Below are positions 23,751 to 34,498 of a stretch of DNA of 64,000 bases, in pieces. Each line of letters begins with the position of its first letter. Within the stretch, counting starts at the first letter, position 1. The DNA is from an uncultured Planctomycetota bacterium (GTDB lineage Bacteria; Planctomycetota; Planctomycetia; Isosphaerales; Isosphaeraceae). A program made the translations under genes and the position numbers. The stretch spans positions 245,862 through 309,861 of the forward strand of contig CAWJTV010000001.1 in NCBI GenBank assembly GCA_963845755.1. Direction: 5' to 3'. The notes under the pieces are model-generated. The model saw only the letters and a list, made by a program, of their open reading frames with translations. It ran no database searches and had not been told where the DNA came from.

Positions 23751-24651
23751 TAGTGAGGATAGAACAACACGGCTCCCGGGGGGGCTCGGCGACGCGGTAC
23801 TCGAGCGGGAACGCGCGGCGTATCGCGATCTCCTCGGTCGCCACGGCGACGAAATCCGGGGTCTCGGTCAACATCAGCGGTTTGAAGCCGAAACGATCGC
23901 GGACGATGCCCAATCCTTCCGGTGCGGCGACCAGGTAGCTATAGGCCCCATCGAGATCCGCGACCGAATCGGCCATCGCCTCGACGAGGCTGCGGCCGTG
24001 CTCCAGTCGCGAGCGGAGATAGACTCCGATCACTTCGGAGTCATTGTCCGTGTAGAAGGTCACGCCCTTCTCCTCGAAGCGGCGGCGGAGCTGATGATAG
24101 TTGGTCACGTGTCCGTTGTGAACCGTCGCCATGTCGGGCACTCCGTGCACCCAGAAGGGTTGGGAGTGGCTCAGGTCGATCCGGCTCTCCGTCGACATCC
24201 GAGTATGGCCGATGGCCAGCGGGCCGCTCCACGTGGATAGCCCATACGCCGCTTCAAGTCCGGACGGCGCACCCACGCGCTTGATCAGGTCGAGCCTGCG
24301 TCCCAGGCTCAGCACCTCCAGACCACCCCGACGCGCGCCCATGGCTCGTTCCAGGTCGTCGACAGTCACTCCGGATGCCGGCCGGAAACCAAAGCGCATC
24401 GTACCCCCGCGTCGTTCCGACGACCCGACCACGTCGCCCAACCCGGTGAGCTGCGACAGCGGCCCCTCGGAATCGGCGGCGATCCGCACCGACCAGGAGC
24501 CGTCATCGGACGAACCGTTGGAGCGGATCACGGCCGCCCCGGCGCTGTCCGGCCCACGGCACGCCAGGGCCTCGAGCATCGTCATGACGGTCCGGCCCAT
24601 CCCGTCCCCGCGAGAATCGCGCCTGGCCACAACTCCGAAAATGCCGCACAT
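23751..24651 (-). CDS. mgsA: Class II glutamine amidotransferase, N-methylglutamate synthase subunit A
   Basis: MCGIFG Ntn start, RGPDSAG, IGHTRMSTES, HNGHVTNY, NDSEV, RDRFGFKP. Confidence 0.85.
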
Positions 24652-24917
24652 AACAGGTCCCTTGTCGATGGATCGCGAGCGGACTGAGAAGCCATCGTCC
24701 AGGGTCGAGGGCTCTCGAAATCTCGCGCGGATCAGAACTCGGGGCACCGCGCGATTCGACAAGGGACCAGGGACCCAGGACAAGAGAAGATTTTACTGGC
24801 TCAGACGGCACTTGTCCTCCACAATTATCCTTCAGGTCGAGGACAGAGTCACCATGAACGAAGAACCGACGACCAATGCGAAATGACGAATGACAAGACG
24901 GAGGAACCAGACGGCGC

Positions 24918-26288
24918 ATGAACACCGAGAATACGCGGCTCGTGGAGCTGGAGTCCCGATTTCGCGAGGATGGGATCTCCTACTTGCTGATCCAGTTCGT
25001 GGATATCCACGGTGCGCCCAAGGTCAAGCTCGTACCGGCGACGACGATTCGCTCGGTCTCGGAAGCCGGCGCGGGCTTCGCGGGAGGTGCCGTCTGGGGG
25101 ATGGGGCAGGGGCCCCACTCGCACGACATGTTCGCCCGGCCGGACCCGGACAGCTACACCCCACTCCCTTACGAGCCCGGCGTTGCGCGATTCGCCGCGG
25201 ACCTCTACGTCAACGGCCGGCCTCACCCCTGCTGCCCCCGCGTGAACCTCAAGGGCGTCCTGGCCCAGCTCGCGCAGCGCGGGTATCGCTTCAACGTCGG
25301 CATCGAGCCGGAATTCTTCCTGGTGGTGAAGGGGAATGACGGCACCCTGCGCGGCTGGGACCCCCACGCCGTCGACGATCTGGTCAAGCCGTGCTACGAC
25401 TTCAAGGGGATTTCGGGTGTCTTGGGGTTCCTGCGCGCCCTCAACGACGGCCTCAACCGGCTCGGCTGGGGCGTCTACCAGTCCGACCACGAGGACGCCA
25501 ACTTCCAGTACGAGGTCAATTTCCAGTACGCCGAAGCGCTCGAGACGGCCGATCGCCTGATCGCCTTCCGGATGATCGCGACCCAGTTGGCCCAGCGGGC
25601 CGGCGCGATCGCCACGTTCATGGCCAAGCCGTTCTCGACCCGCACGGGCTCCGGCGCCCACATGCATTATCACTTGGCCGATGCCGCCAGCGGTGCCAAC
25701 GTGTTTCGCGACGACTCCGATCCTCGCGGCCTGGGCCTCTCCGCCCTGGCGTATCGCTTCCTGGGCGGCATCGTCGAGCATGCGCCGGCCCTCTGCGCGG
25801 TGACGTCGCCGACGGTCAACTGCTACAAGCGACTCCAGATGGGGCCCGCCTTGACGGGCTCGCGCTCCGGCTACACCTGGACCCCGGCCTTCATCTCCTA
25901 CGGCGACAACAACCGGACGCAGATGATTCGCATCCCCGAAGGCGGACACGTCGAGGATCGCTCGATCTCGAGCGCCTTCAATCCCTATCTCGGCATCGCC
26001 GCCTATCTCGCCGCGGGCCTCGACGGCATCGAGCGCCAGCTCGACCCCGGCGAGCCCAATCTCGGCAACCTCTACACCGCCGACCTCGAGACCATGGCCC
26101 GTCGCGGCATCCGCACGCTCCCCCAGAGCCTCCCTGAGGCCCTCGCTCACTTCGAGAAGGACACCGTCATCCGGGAGAGCCTCGGACCGATCGCCGACGA
26201 GTTCCTCCGGCTCAAGAGCGACGAGTGGCGCGAATACCACGCGCAAGTGGAGTCGTGGGAGTTGAAACGCTACTTGACGGCGCTCTAA
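24918..26288 (+). CDS. gmaS: Glutamine synthetase-like gamma-glutamylmethylamide synthetase
   Basis: QFVDIHG, GAGFAG, KPCYD, YQSDHEDANFQYEVNF, TVNCYKRL, SGYTWTP, YGDNNRT; divergent from mgsABC. Confidence 0.85.
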   Translation: MNTENTRLVELESRFREDGISYLLIQFVDIHGAPKVKLVPATTIRSVSEAGAGFAGGAVWGMGQGPHSHDMFARPDPDSYTPLPYEPGVARFAADLYVNGRPHPCCPRVNLKGVLAQLAQRGYRFNVGIEPEFFLVVKGNDGTLRGWDPHAVDDLVKPCYDFKGISGVLGFLRALNDGLNRLGWGVYQSDHEDANFQYEVNFQYAEALETADRLIAFRMIATQLAQRAGAIATFMAKPFSTRTGSGAHMHYHLADAASGANVFRDDSDPRGLGLSALAYRFLGGIVEHAPALCAVTSPTVNCYKRLQMGPALTGSRSGYTWTPAFISYGDNNRTQMIRIPEGGHVEDRSISSAFNPYLGIAAYLAAGLDGIERQLDPGEPNLGNLYTADLETMARRGIRTLPQSLPEALAHFEKDTVIRESLGPIADEFLRLKSDEWREYHAQVESWELKRYLTAL

Positions 26289-26603
26289 GTAGACAGAAGA
26301 GGCTCACTCCCCTCCGCACAATGCGATTCTCCCAAGGATGGAACCGACCTGCCTACCATCCCGGAAATCACCCTCTCGTGTACGCCGCGCGGACGTGCCG
26401 ATCCCGCGACGTCTCCTAGTTCATTCGTAGACATGCAGAATAATTTTGCCAAAAAGAGATCACCTTATTGCAATCTGTGGCAAGCAGTGGTACTAGGTGA
26501 TGATTAATCTTTCGCTTCCAAATCCGCTGAAGGGATCCTCGAGCGGTTCGTGGAGGGACTCGTCGTCGCGATCCTATTCCCTTGAGACACGAGGAATAGA
26601 GAC

Positions 26604-26870
26604 ATGCCGCCACTCGATAGCATCGTCATGCATTCTCGGTATCACCAGGGCCGAGGCGGCCTTATCGGGATGTTTTCTCTGACCGGTCAAAGAAGGATCG
26701 TCTGGTGCGGATTGCTTAGCTTGGCGCTGGCGATCGTCAGCACCATGACGGGCTGCGGCGGGGGCGGGGGATCCAGCGTCACCCCCGAGCAAACGCAGAA
26801 GCAAGAGGTCGTGCAGGACAAGATGAAGGACTTCATGAAGCAGTCCAAGTTGCCCAACAGGCCTCGGTAA
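26604..26870 (+). CDS. Small predicted lipoprotein
   Basis: Hydrophobic stretch ending MTGC (lipobox-like); lies upstream of the DUF1559 gene; start uncertain. Confidence 0.55.
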   Translation: MPPLDSIVMHSRYHQGRGGLIGMFSLTGQRRIVWCGLLSLALAIVSTMTGCGGGGGSSVTPEQTQKQEVVQDKMKDFMKQSKLPNRPR

Positions 26871-27090
26871 GGTTGTGGGCGATCACCGGCGGCCCAATGT
26901 CAAGGACTCCGGCAAGAAGGCAAAGCGACCGCAGAGGACCAGGGTTGAGGAGAATTGGGGCTAAGGCTGGCCCCGCGGATCTGGCCGGATGCCCTCATTG
27001 CCGAGAGATCGCGACAGCACGTACCAGTCGTCATCGATCAATCGTCTCAATGTTCGGATGGGGTTCTCAATCTCATTTCAGGAGTCGACG

Positions 27091-28176
27091 ATGAAGACCA
27101 AGACGCGAGGTGGATTCACCCTGATCGAGTTATTGGTGGTCATCGCAATCATCGCGGTGCTCATCGCGCTGTTGCTCCCTGCCGTCCAGGCAGCCCGCGA
27201 GGCCGCCCGGCGTGCTCAATGTTCGAACAACCTGAAGCAGATTGGCCTGGCGCTGCACAATTACCACACCGCGACCAACGTGTTCCCGTTGTCCAACACG
27301 ATTGCCTATTACCAAACTCCCGCCTCTCCGGCCAATCAGACCTCCTGGGGCACCTGGAGCGCTCAGGCCTTGTTGCTGGGGTACATCGAGGGCCAACCGC
27401 TCTACAATGCAATCAATTTCGATTGGACGAACTGGTACGGGACCGGCGCAAACATCAACGCGACCGTATTCAATACGGACCTCGCCGTCTTCATGTGCCC
27501 GTCCGATGGCATCGCGGGCGTGAGCCACAGCATCTCCACGAACGCCAATGGCAACAATAACTACGTCGGCTGCTACGGCACGACGACCGACGAGTGGTGC
27601 GGTGGCACTCCCAATTGCGACGGCTCGAGCACTGGAGTCTTTGCCCACTTCCAATCCTACGGCGTCCAGAACGTCACCGATGGGACCTCGAACACTCTTG
27701 CATTCTCGGAGACCCTCGTCTCTGATAACACGCATTTCACGGCTTATCGAGACGGCCTGGCGGCCTCGGCCGCCGGAGGCCCGGCCTCGAACATCAACAA
27801 CGCCTTCTCGAACCCCCAGGCGATCATCGCCGATCTCCAGACCTGCTCAGCGTGGTTCCAGCAGCAGCAAAACCCGCCCTGGTCCGACGACAAGGGCTTT
27901 CGCTGGGGCACCGGTTCACCCGGGGTCACGCTGTTCAATTCGATCGTGCCACCCAACTCTCAGTTGTATAAGTGGGCCGGCTGCCGCTTTAGCTGCGGAG
28001 GCTGCGGTTTCGAGTTCGGCAGCTACGAGAACGTTTCCAGCAATCACCCCGGCGGTTGCAACTGCATGATGACAGACGGTAGCGTGCGCTTCGTCAAGAG
28101 CTCGATTGACATGATGACCTGGTGGAGACTGGGGACCAAGGCCGGCGGCGAGATCGTCTCCTCCGATTCCTACTGA
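27091..28176 (+). CDS. DUF1559 prepilin-type N-terminal cleavage/methylation protein
   Basis: GFTLIELLVVIAIIAVLIALLLPAVQAAREAARRAQCSNNLKQIGLALHNY; C-terminal HPGGCNCMMTDGSVRF (H-X9-DG). Confidence 0.95.
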   Translation: MKTKTRGGFTLIELLVVIAIIAVLIALLLPAVQAAREAARRAQCSNNLKQIGLALHNYHTATNVFPLSNTIAYYQTPASPANQTSWGTWSAQALLLGYIEGQPLYNAINFDWTNWYGTGANINATVFNTDLAVFMCPSDGIAGVSHSISTNANGNNNYVGCYGTTTDEWCGGTPNCDGSSTGVFAHFQSYGVQNVTDGTSNTLAFSETLVSDNTHFTAYRDGLAASAAGGPASNINNAFSNPQAIIADLQTCSAWFQQQQNPPWSDDKGFRWGTGSPGVTLFNSIVPPNSQLYKWAGCRFSCGGCGFEFGSYENVSSNHPGGCNCMMTDGSVRFVKSSIDMMTWWRLGTKAGGEIVSSDSY

Positions 28177-28343
28177 GTAGGCTTCGCGGGCGGTCTGGCA
28201 GGGGGGGAGACCAACGCTCCAGCCCGGACCGCCCGACGGCTCCATGACCACGACGACTCCCGCGGAACGGATGGCTTTCTTGCCGGGACCAGCCCGAGGT
28301 CCGGCGTGCGCCGCGCCGTCTCGGTCCGCTCGGAGTCTGGGCT

Positions 28344-30217
28344 TTGTCGGCCTGGTGCGGCCTGGCCGCGGGCTGGCTCGAAGTGGGAACACGGCTGCTA
28401 TGCCGGAGCTTTGACTCCACGAACCGGCTCTACCTGATGAGCCGGCATTTTGTCTGGCTGGCCCCGCTGGCGAACCTGCTCCTCTTTGCGTTCGTGGGAG
28501 TCCTGCTGGCGGCGGCCACGAAGCTCTGCCCTAGGACAGGAGGCTGGATCAGCCTCCGACTCCTCTTGGCCGCCACCATTATGCCGGCGCTTCTCGTGGC
28601 GAGCCGTCAGATCTACACGGTCGCTTGGGTGCTCCTGGCGCTGGGGATCGCCGTACTAGTGGCTCCGCGATTCGAGCGACCGACGACCCGGTGGAAGCGC
28701 GGGCTGATCGGCAGTTTTCCGGCTTTGCTGGGATTGGTCGGGATCGTGGCGGGTGTCATCCTCGCGGGAGACCGCTTCGCCCATTGGCGCGAAGCCGGCC
28801 GGCCCCTGCCTCCGGCCGATGCGCCGAACGTGCTCGTGATCGTGCTGGATACGGTGCGCGCGGATCACTTGAGTCTCTACGGCTATCCCCGCCCCACCAG
28901 CCCGACCCTGATGCGGCTCGCCGAACGCGGTATTCGCTTTGACGAGGCGCGCGCCACGGCACCCTGGACACTCCCGTCGCACGCCAGTATGTTCACCGGC
29001 CGGTGGCCCTATGAGCTGGGTGTCCAGTGGATGACACCGCTGCGCAATCACTTCCCGACTCTCGCCGAATACCTCGGGGCTCGGGGTTATGCCACTGCGG
29101 GCTTCGTCGCCAATACCATGTACTGTTCTTCCGAAACCGGGTTGGACCACGGCTTTACTCATTACGAAGACTATGTGCTGAATTGGGAGCGACTCCAGCC
29201 TCTGCGGACGGCGTTACTCGTGGACTGCGCTGGGCCGCGGCTGCCAGTTTCGGGCTGTCGGTGAGCCGGAATGTCAATGCAGGGCCCTTCCGCCCCTGGC
29301 TCGAATCAACGATGCGGTGGCTTCTGGATACGGGTCGCAAGAATGCCGACTCGATCAATCGCGCATTCCTGAACTGGCTATCCCACCGGCGAGAGCCGCG
29401 TCGTCCCTTCTTCGCCTTCCTCAATTACTTCGATGCCCATTCCCCCTATCTCCCACCGGCGGGGACGGCGTTCCGATTCGGACTCGAGCCCCGGACCGAC
29501 GCGGATTTCATCCTGCTCAACGAACTTTGGACCACCGTCGACAAGATCCGTTTGGCCCCACACTACCGGCTCCTCGCTCGAGACTCCTATGACAACTGTC
29601 TCGCCTATCTGGACGAGCGGTTGGGCGAGTTGTTCGATGCCTTGCAGCGCAGCGGGGTGCTCGATCGAACCCTGGTCGTCGTCGTCGCCGACCATGGCGA
29701 GGAACTGGGGGAGCACGCTCTATTCGATCATGGTGAGAGTCTTTATCGCCCGGAAATCCGCGTGCCGCTCCTGGTTGTCCTGCCGGCAGGGACCCAAGTG
29801 TCGGGGGTCGTGAAAGAATGCGTTAGTCTACGCGATCTGCCCGCGACCATCGTCGACCTACTCAGCCTGGCCGACAGCTCGCCGTTTCCAGGCCGGTCGC
29901 TGGCCAAACTCTGGCGTCCCCATGTCAGGGAAGATACTCCGGCAGACGGGGCGATCTCCGAGCTTTCAGGGCCAAACCCCTCCTTACCCAGCCAAGGGCG
30001 GTCGCCCGCTGCTCGCGGTCCGCTGACCTCGGTGGCCGAAGGGGAATTCGTTTACATCCGCAACGAAGGGGATGGCACCGAAGAGTTGTTTCACGAGCGC
30101 GACGACCCGCTCGAGCTGCGCAACCGGGCCCGGGACGAGACGATGGAGCCCGTCCTGAAGCAACTGCGGCAACATCTCAACCGCGCGCGAGCCGGTTCTT
30201 CTCCAGCCGGCCGCTGA
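28344..30217 (+). CDS. Membrane-anchored sulfatase-like hydrolase (frameshift near 29225)
   Basis: PNVLVIVLDTVRADHL, WTLPSHASMFTG, NYFDAHSPY, ADHGE, HGESLY across two ORFs; start uncertain. Confidence 0.8.
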
Positions 30218-30394
30218 ACCCGATTTCCGATTCTGGGCACCTGATGGACAGCCAAGAGGCACGAGCCGCGCCAGGTCGCGTCTTCAGAGTCGAAATGCGG
30301 CAGGACGGCTCTTTGAGCGGATGAGAGGACGTTCGAACGAACCAGACTTTGGTATGCTGGATCGAACAACCCAAAAGCCCGAGGAGCACATGCC

Positions 30395-30997
30395 ATGGCT
30401 TATGCCGATTTCGACTTGAGGACGGTCATGGAGAAATTCGAGCTGACGAGAAACGAGGACGTCGCCCTCTTTGAAAAGATCGAGCCGCTCGAACCCAGCG
30501 ATGTCCTGCGAGGTTGGCTCGACGAGTTCGCTCCCGTCGCGCTCGGGATCAACACGGAGCGGGCTCGTCGTGAGTACATCATCGCACCGATCATGGGCGA
30601 AGCAAAGCGACGCTCGCACAGGAAGATCAATGTCTTTCCCGGTGTGACCTTCAACGTTGATCAGGCGCGGGGACTGACCGGCGTTTGCGATTACTTGATC
30701 GCTCAGTCGCCGGAAGTCTTCTTCGTGGAGGCGCCCATCCTCGCGGTCGTCGAGGCCAAGAAGGAGGACATCCCGTCGGGACTCGGTCAATGTATCGCCG
30801 AGATGGTGGCGATCCAGATCTTCAACGAAAAGTACGGGAGGACCATACCAGTCGCTTACGGTTGCGTGACGAGCGGGAGCCACTGGCGATTCCTCAATTT
30901 GAAGGAAAAGGAACTTTTCATAGACCGCTGGGAGTATTATCTAGATGACGTGGCCAAGATCTTAGGGATCCTGGTCACCATCGCGCGCGGTGATTGA
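30395..30997 (+). CDS. Conserved hypothetical protein, possible PD-(D/E)XK nuclease-like fold
   Basis: GVCDYL...VVEAKK...GLGQCIAEM...YGCVTSG..WRF; RBS gaggag upstream. Confidence 0.6.
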   Translation: MAYADFDLRTVMEKFELTRNEDVALFEKIEPLEPSDVLRGWLDEFAPVALGINTERARREYIIAPIMGEAKRRSHRKINVFPGVTFNVDQARGLTGVCDYLIAQSPEVFFVEAPILAVVEAKKEDIPSGLGQCIAEMVAIQIFNEKYGRTIPVAYGCVTSGSHWRFLNLKEKELFIDRWEYYLDDVAKILGILVTIARGD

Positions 30998-31054
30998 GAA
31001 CAAGAACGAACCGGGTGATTCGGAACAGGACTCGAACCATGGATCGAATTCGTC

Positions 31055-32266
31055 ATGGAAACGATTGAAGCCAAGAACGTGATCGTCGGCGCCGGCGCGA
31101 TGGGTTCGGCGGCGGCGTACCATTTGGCGAAGCAGGGCGAGCCGGTCGTACTGATCGAGCAATTCGCCCTGGGTCACGACCGGGGCAGCTCGCACGGTGC
31201 GGCGCGAATCACTCGCCACTCGTACGCCGACGCGCGATACGCCCGGCTCATGCCGGCGGCGTTCCGCGCCTGGAGGGAGCTCGAAGCCGACGCGGGCGAG
31301 GCCCTTTATATTCGCACCGGCGGCGTCTCGTTCTCCCCGTCCGGCGTGGACTACGCGGCCCGGGTCGCGATGAGTCTCCGGGAGCTCGACGTGCCCCACT
31401 GGCGGACCTCCGGCCGGGAATGGAACCGGCGACGGCCGGCGTTCGGCCTGCCCGACGATTACGATGTGGTCTTCGAGCCCGACGCGGGGATGGTCGCAGC
31501 ATCGCGCGCCCTCGCGGTCCAGGTCGAGCTCGCCCGATCACTCGGTGGCGAACGGACCCGGGTCATCGAGCGGACTCCCGTGCGGCGGATCGACCTCGAT
31601 GGGCCCCAGCCGGTCGTGGTGACCGACCTGTCGCGGATCGTCGCCGAACGGCTGATCGTCTCGGCCGGCGCGTGGGTCAAGCGGCTACTGCCTGGCCTCC
31701 CGGTCCCGCTCACGTCCACTCGCCAGCAGGTCCTTTACTTCCGCCCCGGTGACCGAACACCCTTCCAGATCGGCCGCTTCCCGGTCTTCATCTTCATGCC
31801 GGCCGCTGATCAGGACGTGTACTACGGCATGCCCGAGTTTCTGGGCCTGGGCGTGAAGGTCGCGCGGCACGCCGGCCCCGAGATCGACCCCGATCTCGAC
31901 GATCGGACCGTCGGCGAGGAGTACCGATCGATCGTCCGGCACTTCCTCCACGGCCACATCCCCCTCCTGGCTGACGCGCCGATCGACCTCACCGAGGTCT
32001 GCCTGTATACCGTGGCCCCCGAGGAGCAATTTCAGCTCGACTTCCTGCCGGGCCGGTCGGATGTCATCGTGGCCAGCCCGTGCAGCGGGCATGGCTTCAA
32101 GTTCTCATGCCTGATCGGCCGCGTCCTGGCCGACCTGGCCATCACAGGGACGAGCGGGCTGGCGATGGAAACCTGGCGGATCCGCGAGGCGCCACCCCTC
32201 TCCCCCGCGCCCTGCCTTGAACGGCGAGGGCTCGGTACCGTAGAACGATGGACCCATGACCGATGA
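31055..32266 (+). CDS. solA: Monomeric sarcosine oxidase / N-methyl-L-tryptophan oxidase family flavoprotein
   Basis: VGAGAMGSAAAY, HDRGSSHGAARITR, VCLYT, CSGHGFKF. Confidence 0.8.
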   Translation: METIEAKNVIVGAGAMGSAAAYHLAKQGEPVVLIEQFALGHDRGSSHGAARITRHSYADARYARLMPAAFRAWRELEADAGEALYIRTGGVSFSPSGVDYAARVAMSLRELDVPHWRTSGREWNRRRPAFGLPDDYDVVFEPDAGMVAASRALAVQVELARSLGGERTRVIERTPVRRIDLDGPQPVVVTDLSRIVAERLIVSAGAWVKRLLPGLPVPLTSTRQQVLYFRPGDRTPFQIGRFPVFIFMPAADQDVYYGMPEFLGLGVKVARHAGPEIDPDLDDRTVGEEYRSIVRHFLHGHIPLLADAPIDLTEVCLYTVAPEEQFQLDFLPGRSDVIVASPCSGHGFKFSCLIGRVLADLAITGTSGLAMETWRIREAPPLSPAPCLERRGLGTVERWTHDR

Positions 32267-32278
32267 CGAGGAGGCCGG

Positions 32279-33520
32279 ATGCCCTTACGCCTGTTGCGAT
32301 TCGCGTTGAGCAAGACCTATCCCGAGCCGCGAATGTTCCGCCGGCCCGAGCGGCTCAAGGACCGTTACGACGCGGTGATCATCGGCGCTGGTGGGCACGG
32401 GCTGGCCGCGGCGTACCACCTGGCGGGCGACTACGGCATGACCGACGTCGCGGTGCTCGATCGGGGTTACATCGGCGGGGGCAACACCGGCCGGAACACG
32501 GCGATCGTCCGTTCCAACTACCTCACCGTCGAGGGCGTGAAATTCTACGACGAGAGCGTGCGGCTCTTCTCCAGGCTCTCGCAGGAGCTCGACTACAACC
32601 TGTTCTACTCGGAGCGTGGCCATTTCACGCTGGCCCACACGACGGCCACCCTGCGCACCATGCGGTGGCGGGCTGAAGTCAACAAGCACCTGGGCGTCAA
32701 CAGCTCCGTGATCACGCCCGAGGAGATCCACCGGCTCTGTCCGACGATCGACCTGTCCTGCGGCGGCCACGCCCCGATCGTGGGCGCGTTGTACCACCCG
32801 CCGGGCGCGGTCGTGCGGCACGATGCCGTCGCCTGGTCCTATGCGCGGGCCGCCGATCGGCTCGGTGTCGAGATCCACCAGAAGACCGCCGTCACCGGCA
32901 TCGACGTCCGGGATGGACAGGTCGTCGGCGTCCAGACCGACCGGGGTCCCATCAAGACCAGCCGGGTGCTCTCGGCCGTGGCCGGATACACCCCGCGAAT
33001 CACCCGCATGGTCGGCCTGCGCACGCCGCTGGTCATCCATCCCCTCCAGGCCTGCGTCACCGAGCCGCTCAAGCCCTGGCTCGACCAGATCGTCGTCTCC
33101 GCGAACCTGCACATTTACGTGAGCCAATCCGCTCGGGGTGAGCTGGTCATGGGGGCCGCGCTGGACCCCTACGAGCTCCACTCCGAGCGCTCGACGCTCG
33201 ACTTCGTCGAGGGCCTGGCCGATCACCTGCTCGACCTCTTCCCGTTCCTCTCGGATCTGAAGGTCAATCGCCAGTGGTCGGGCATGTCGGACATGACGCC
33301 CGACTTCTCGCCGATCCTGGGGACCACGCCGATCCGGGGCTTCTACCTCGACACCGGCTGGGGGACCTGGGGCTTCAAGGCCACCCCGGTCTGCGGCACC
33401 ACCATGGCCTACACCCTGGCCAAGGACCAGGACCATGAGTTGATCCGCCCGTTCAACCTCGCGCGGTTCGGGAATTACGAGCTCGTCGGCGAGAAGGGCG
33501 CCGCCTCGGTGGGACACTGA
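32279..33520 (+). CDS. mgdA: N-methylglutamate dehydrogenase subunit A (sarcosine oxidase beta-like)
   Basis: IIGAGGHGLA, GGGNTGRNTAIVRSNY, RHDAVAW, DMTPDFSPI, GWGTWGFKATP, EKGAASVGH; GTG start. Confidence 0.85.
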   Translation: MPLRLLRFALSKTYPEPRMFRRPERLKDRYDAVIIGAGGHGLAAAYHLAGDYGMTDVAVLDRGYIGGGNTGRNTAIVRSNYLTVEGVKFYDESVRLFSRLSQELDYNLFYSERGHFTLAHTTATLRTMRWRAEVNKHLGVNSSVITPEEIHRLCPTIDLSCGGHAPIVGALYHPPGAVVRHDAVAWSYARAADRLGVEIHQKTAVTGIDVRDGQVVGVQTDRGPIKTSRVLSAVAGYTPRITRMVGLRTPLVIHPLQACVTEPLKPWLDQIVVSANLHIYVSQSARGELVMGAALDPYELHSERSTLDFVEGLADHLLDLFPFLSDLKVNRQWSGMSDMTPDFSPILGTTPIRGFYLDTGWGTWGFKATPVCGTTMAYTLAKDQDHELIRPFNLARFGNYELVGEKGAASVGH

Positions 33521-33597
33521 ATCCGATAATCCTCACTCTTTCACCTCCAGAACCCCGGTGGTAAGATGCAACGGTATTCTTGAGAATGAGGTCTGGA

Positions 33598-33818
33598 ATG
33601 GTTACTAGGGGACAGGTCAAGAACGGCGTCGTCGTACTTGCCAACGGCGTGCGGCTGCCGGAAGGCCAAGAAGTGACCGTGTTGCGCCCGGTGTATGGCC
33701 AACCATCGCGCGGCCACATAGCATCCTGGACATCGCTCCGGTGAGCGTGGGCGCTGTTCTGCGCCCGTTGACAGCCGAGGACGACGTGCTCGGCGAAATG
33801 CTGGAAGGCCGGTCATGA
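33598..33818 (+). CDS. Putative antitoxin (frameshifted)
   Basis: MVTRGQVKNGVVVLANGVRLPEGQEVTV..., then ...HSILDIAPVSVG...EMLEGRS* in a shifted frame; ATGA overlap with the PIN gene. Confidence 0.6.
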
Positions 33819-34266
33819 TTCATGGACTGGACACCGGCTTCCTGGTCGCGGCCGAGGTGAGAGAGCACGCCGAACACGCCGACGCCCGGGACACGCTGGC
33901 CCGGTTGCTATCGGCGGGCGACCTCATCGCAATGGCCCCACAAGTCCTGGCCGAGTTCATCCATATCGTCACCGACCCCCGTCGTTTCGCACAGCCGCTC
34001 GACATGACGGCCGCCCGGCAGCTCGCCGAGCAATGGTGGACGGCACGTGAGGTCGTGCGCGTGTTCCCCGACAACGCCGCGACCCGGCAGTTTCTCGCCT
34101 GGTTGCAACAATTCTCCCTGGGCGCAAGCGGCTGCTGGACACGCTGCTGGCCGCGACCTACCGACAGGCTAGCATCCAATCCCTCCTCACCACCAATCCC
34201 TCCGACTTCACCGTGCTCGGTGCCTTTACCTGCATCACGCCGAAGACATCCGCCACGAATCCTTGA
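33815..34266 (+). CDS. PIN-domain (VapC-like) toxin (frameshift near 34123)
   Basis: GLDTGFLV, PQVLAEF, then LLDTLLAATY..LLTTNPSDF in the shifted frame, stop at 34264-66. Confidence 0.8.
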
Positions 34267-34386
34267 TCCTATGCGCGGGCCGCCGATCGGCTCGGTGTCG
34301 AGATCCACCAGAAGACCGCCGTTACCGGCATCGACGTCCGGGATGGACAGGTCGTCGGCATCCAGACCGACCGGCGTCCCATCAAG
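34267..34386 (+). repeat. Duplicated internal fragment of mgdA (copy of 32837-32956)
   Basis: 120 bp with 3 mismatches counted by eye. Confidence 0.95.
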
Positions 34387-34498
34387 GAGAGTGACAGTCG
34401 TTCAGCAGCGAACCGGGTGCGGCAGCAGGAACGCCGATCCAGCCGCCATAGGGCCGGAGGTAACCCCCGAGGGGGCGTCCATGTCGTCGGACCGAAGT
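34387..34498. repeat. Unnamed repeat, inverted partner of 43103-43214
   Basis: Shared gtgacagtcgttcagcagcgaac and tgtcgtcggaccgaag, colinear. Confidence 0.8.
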
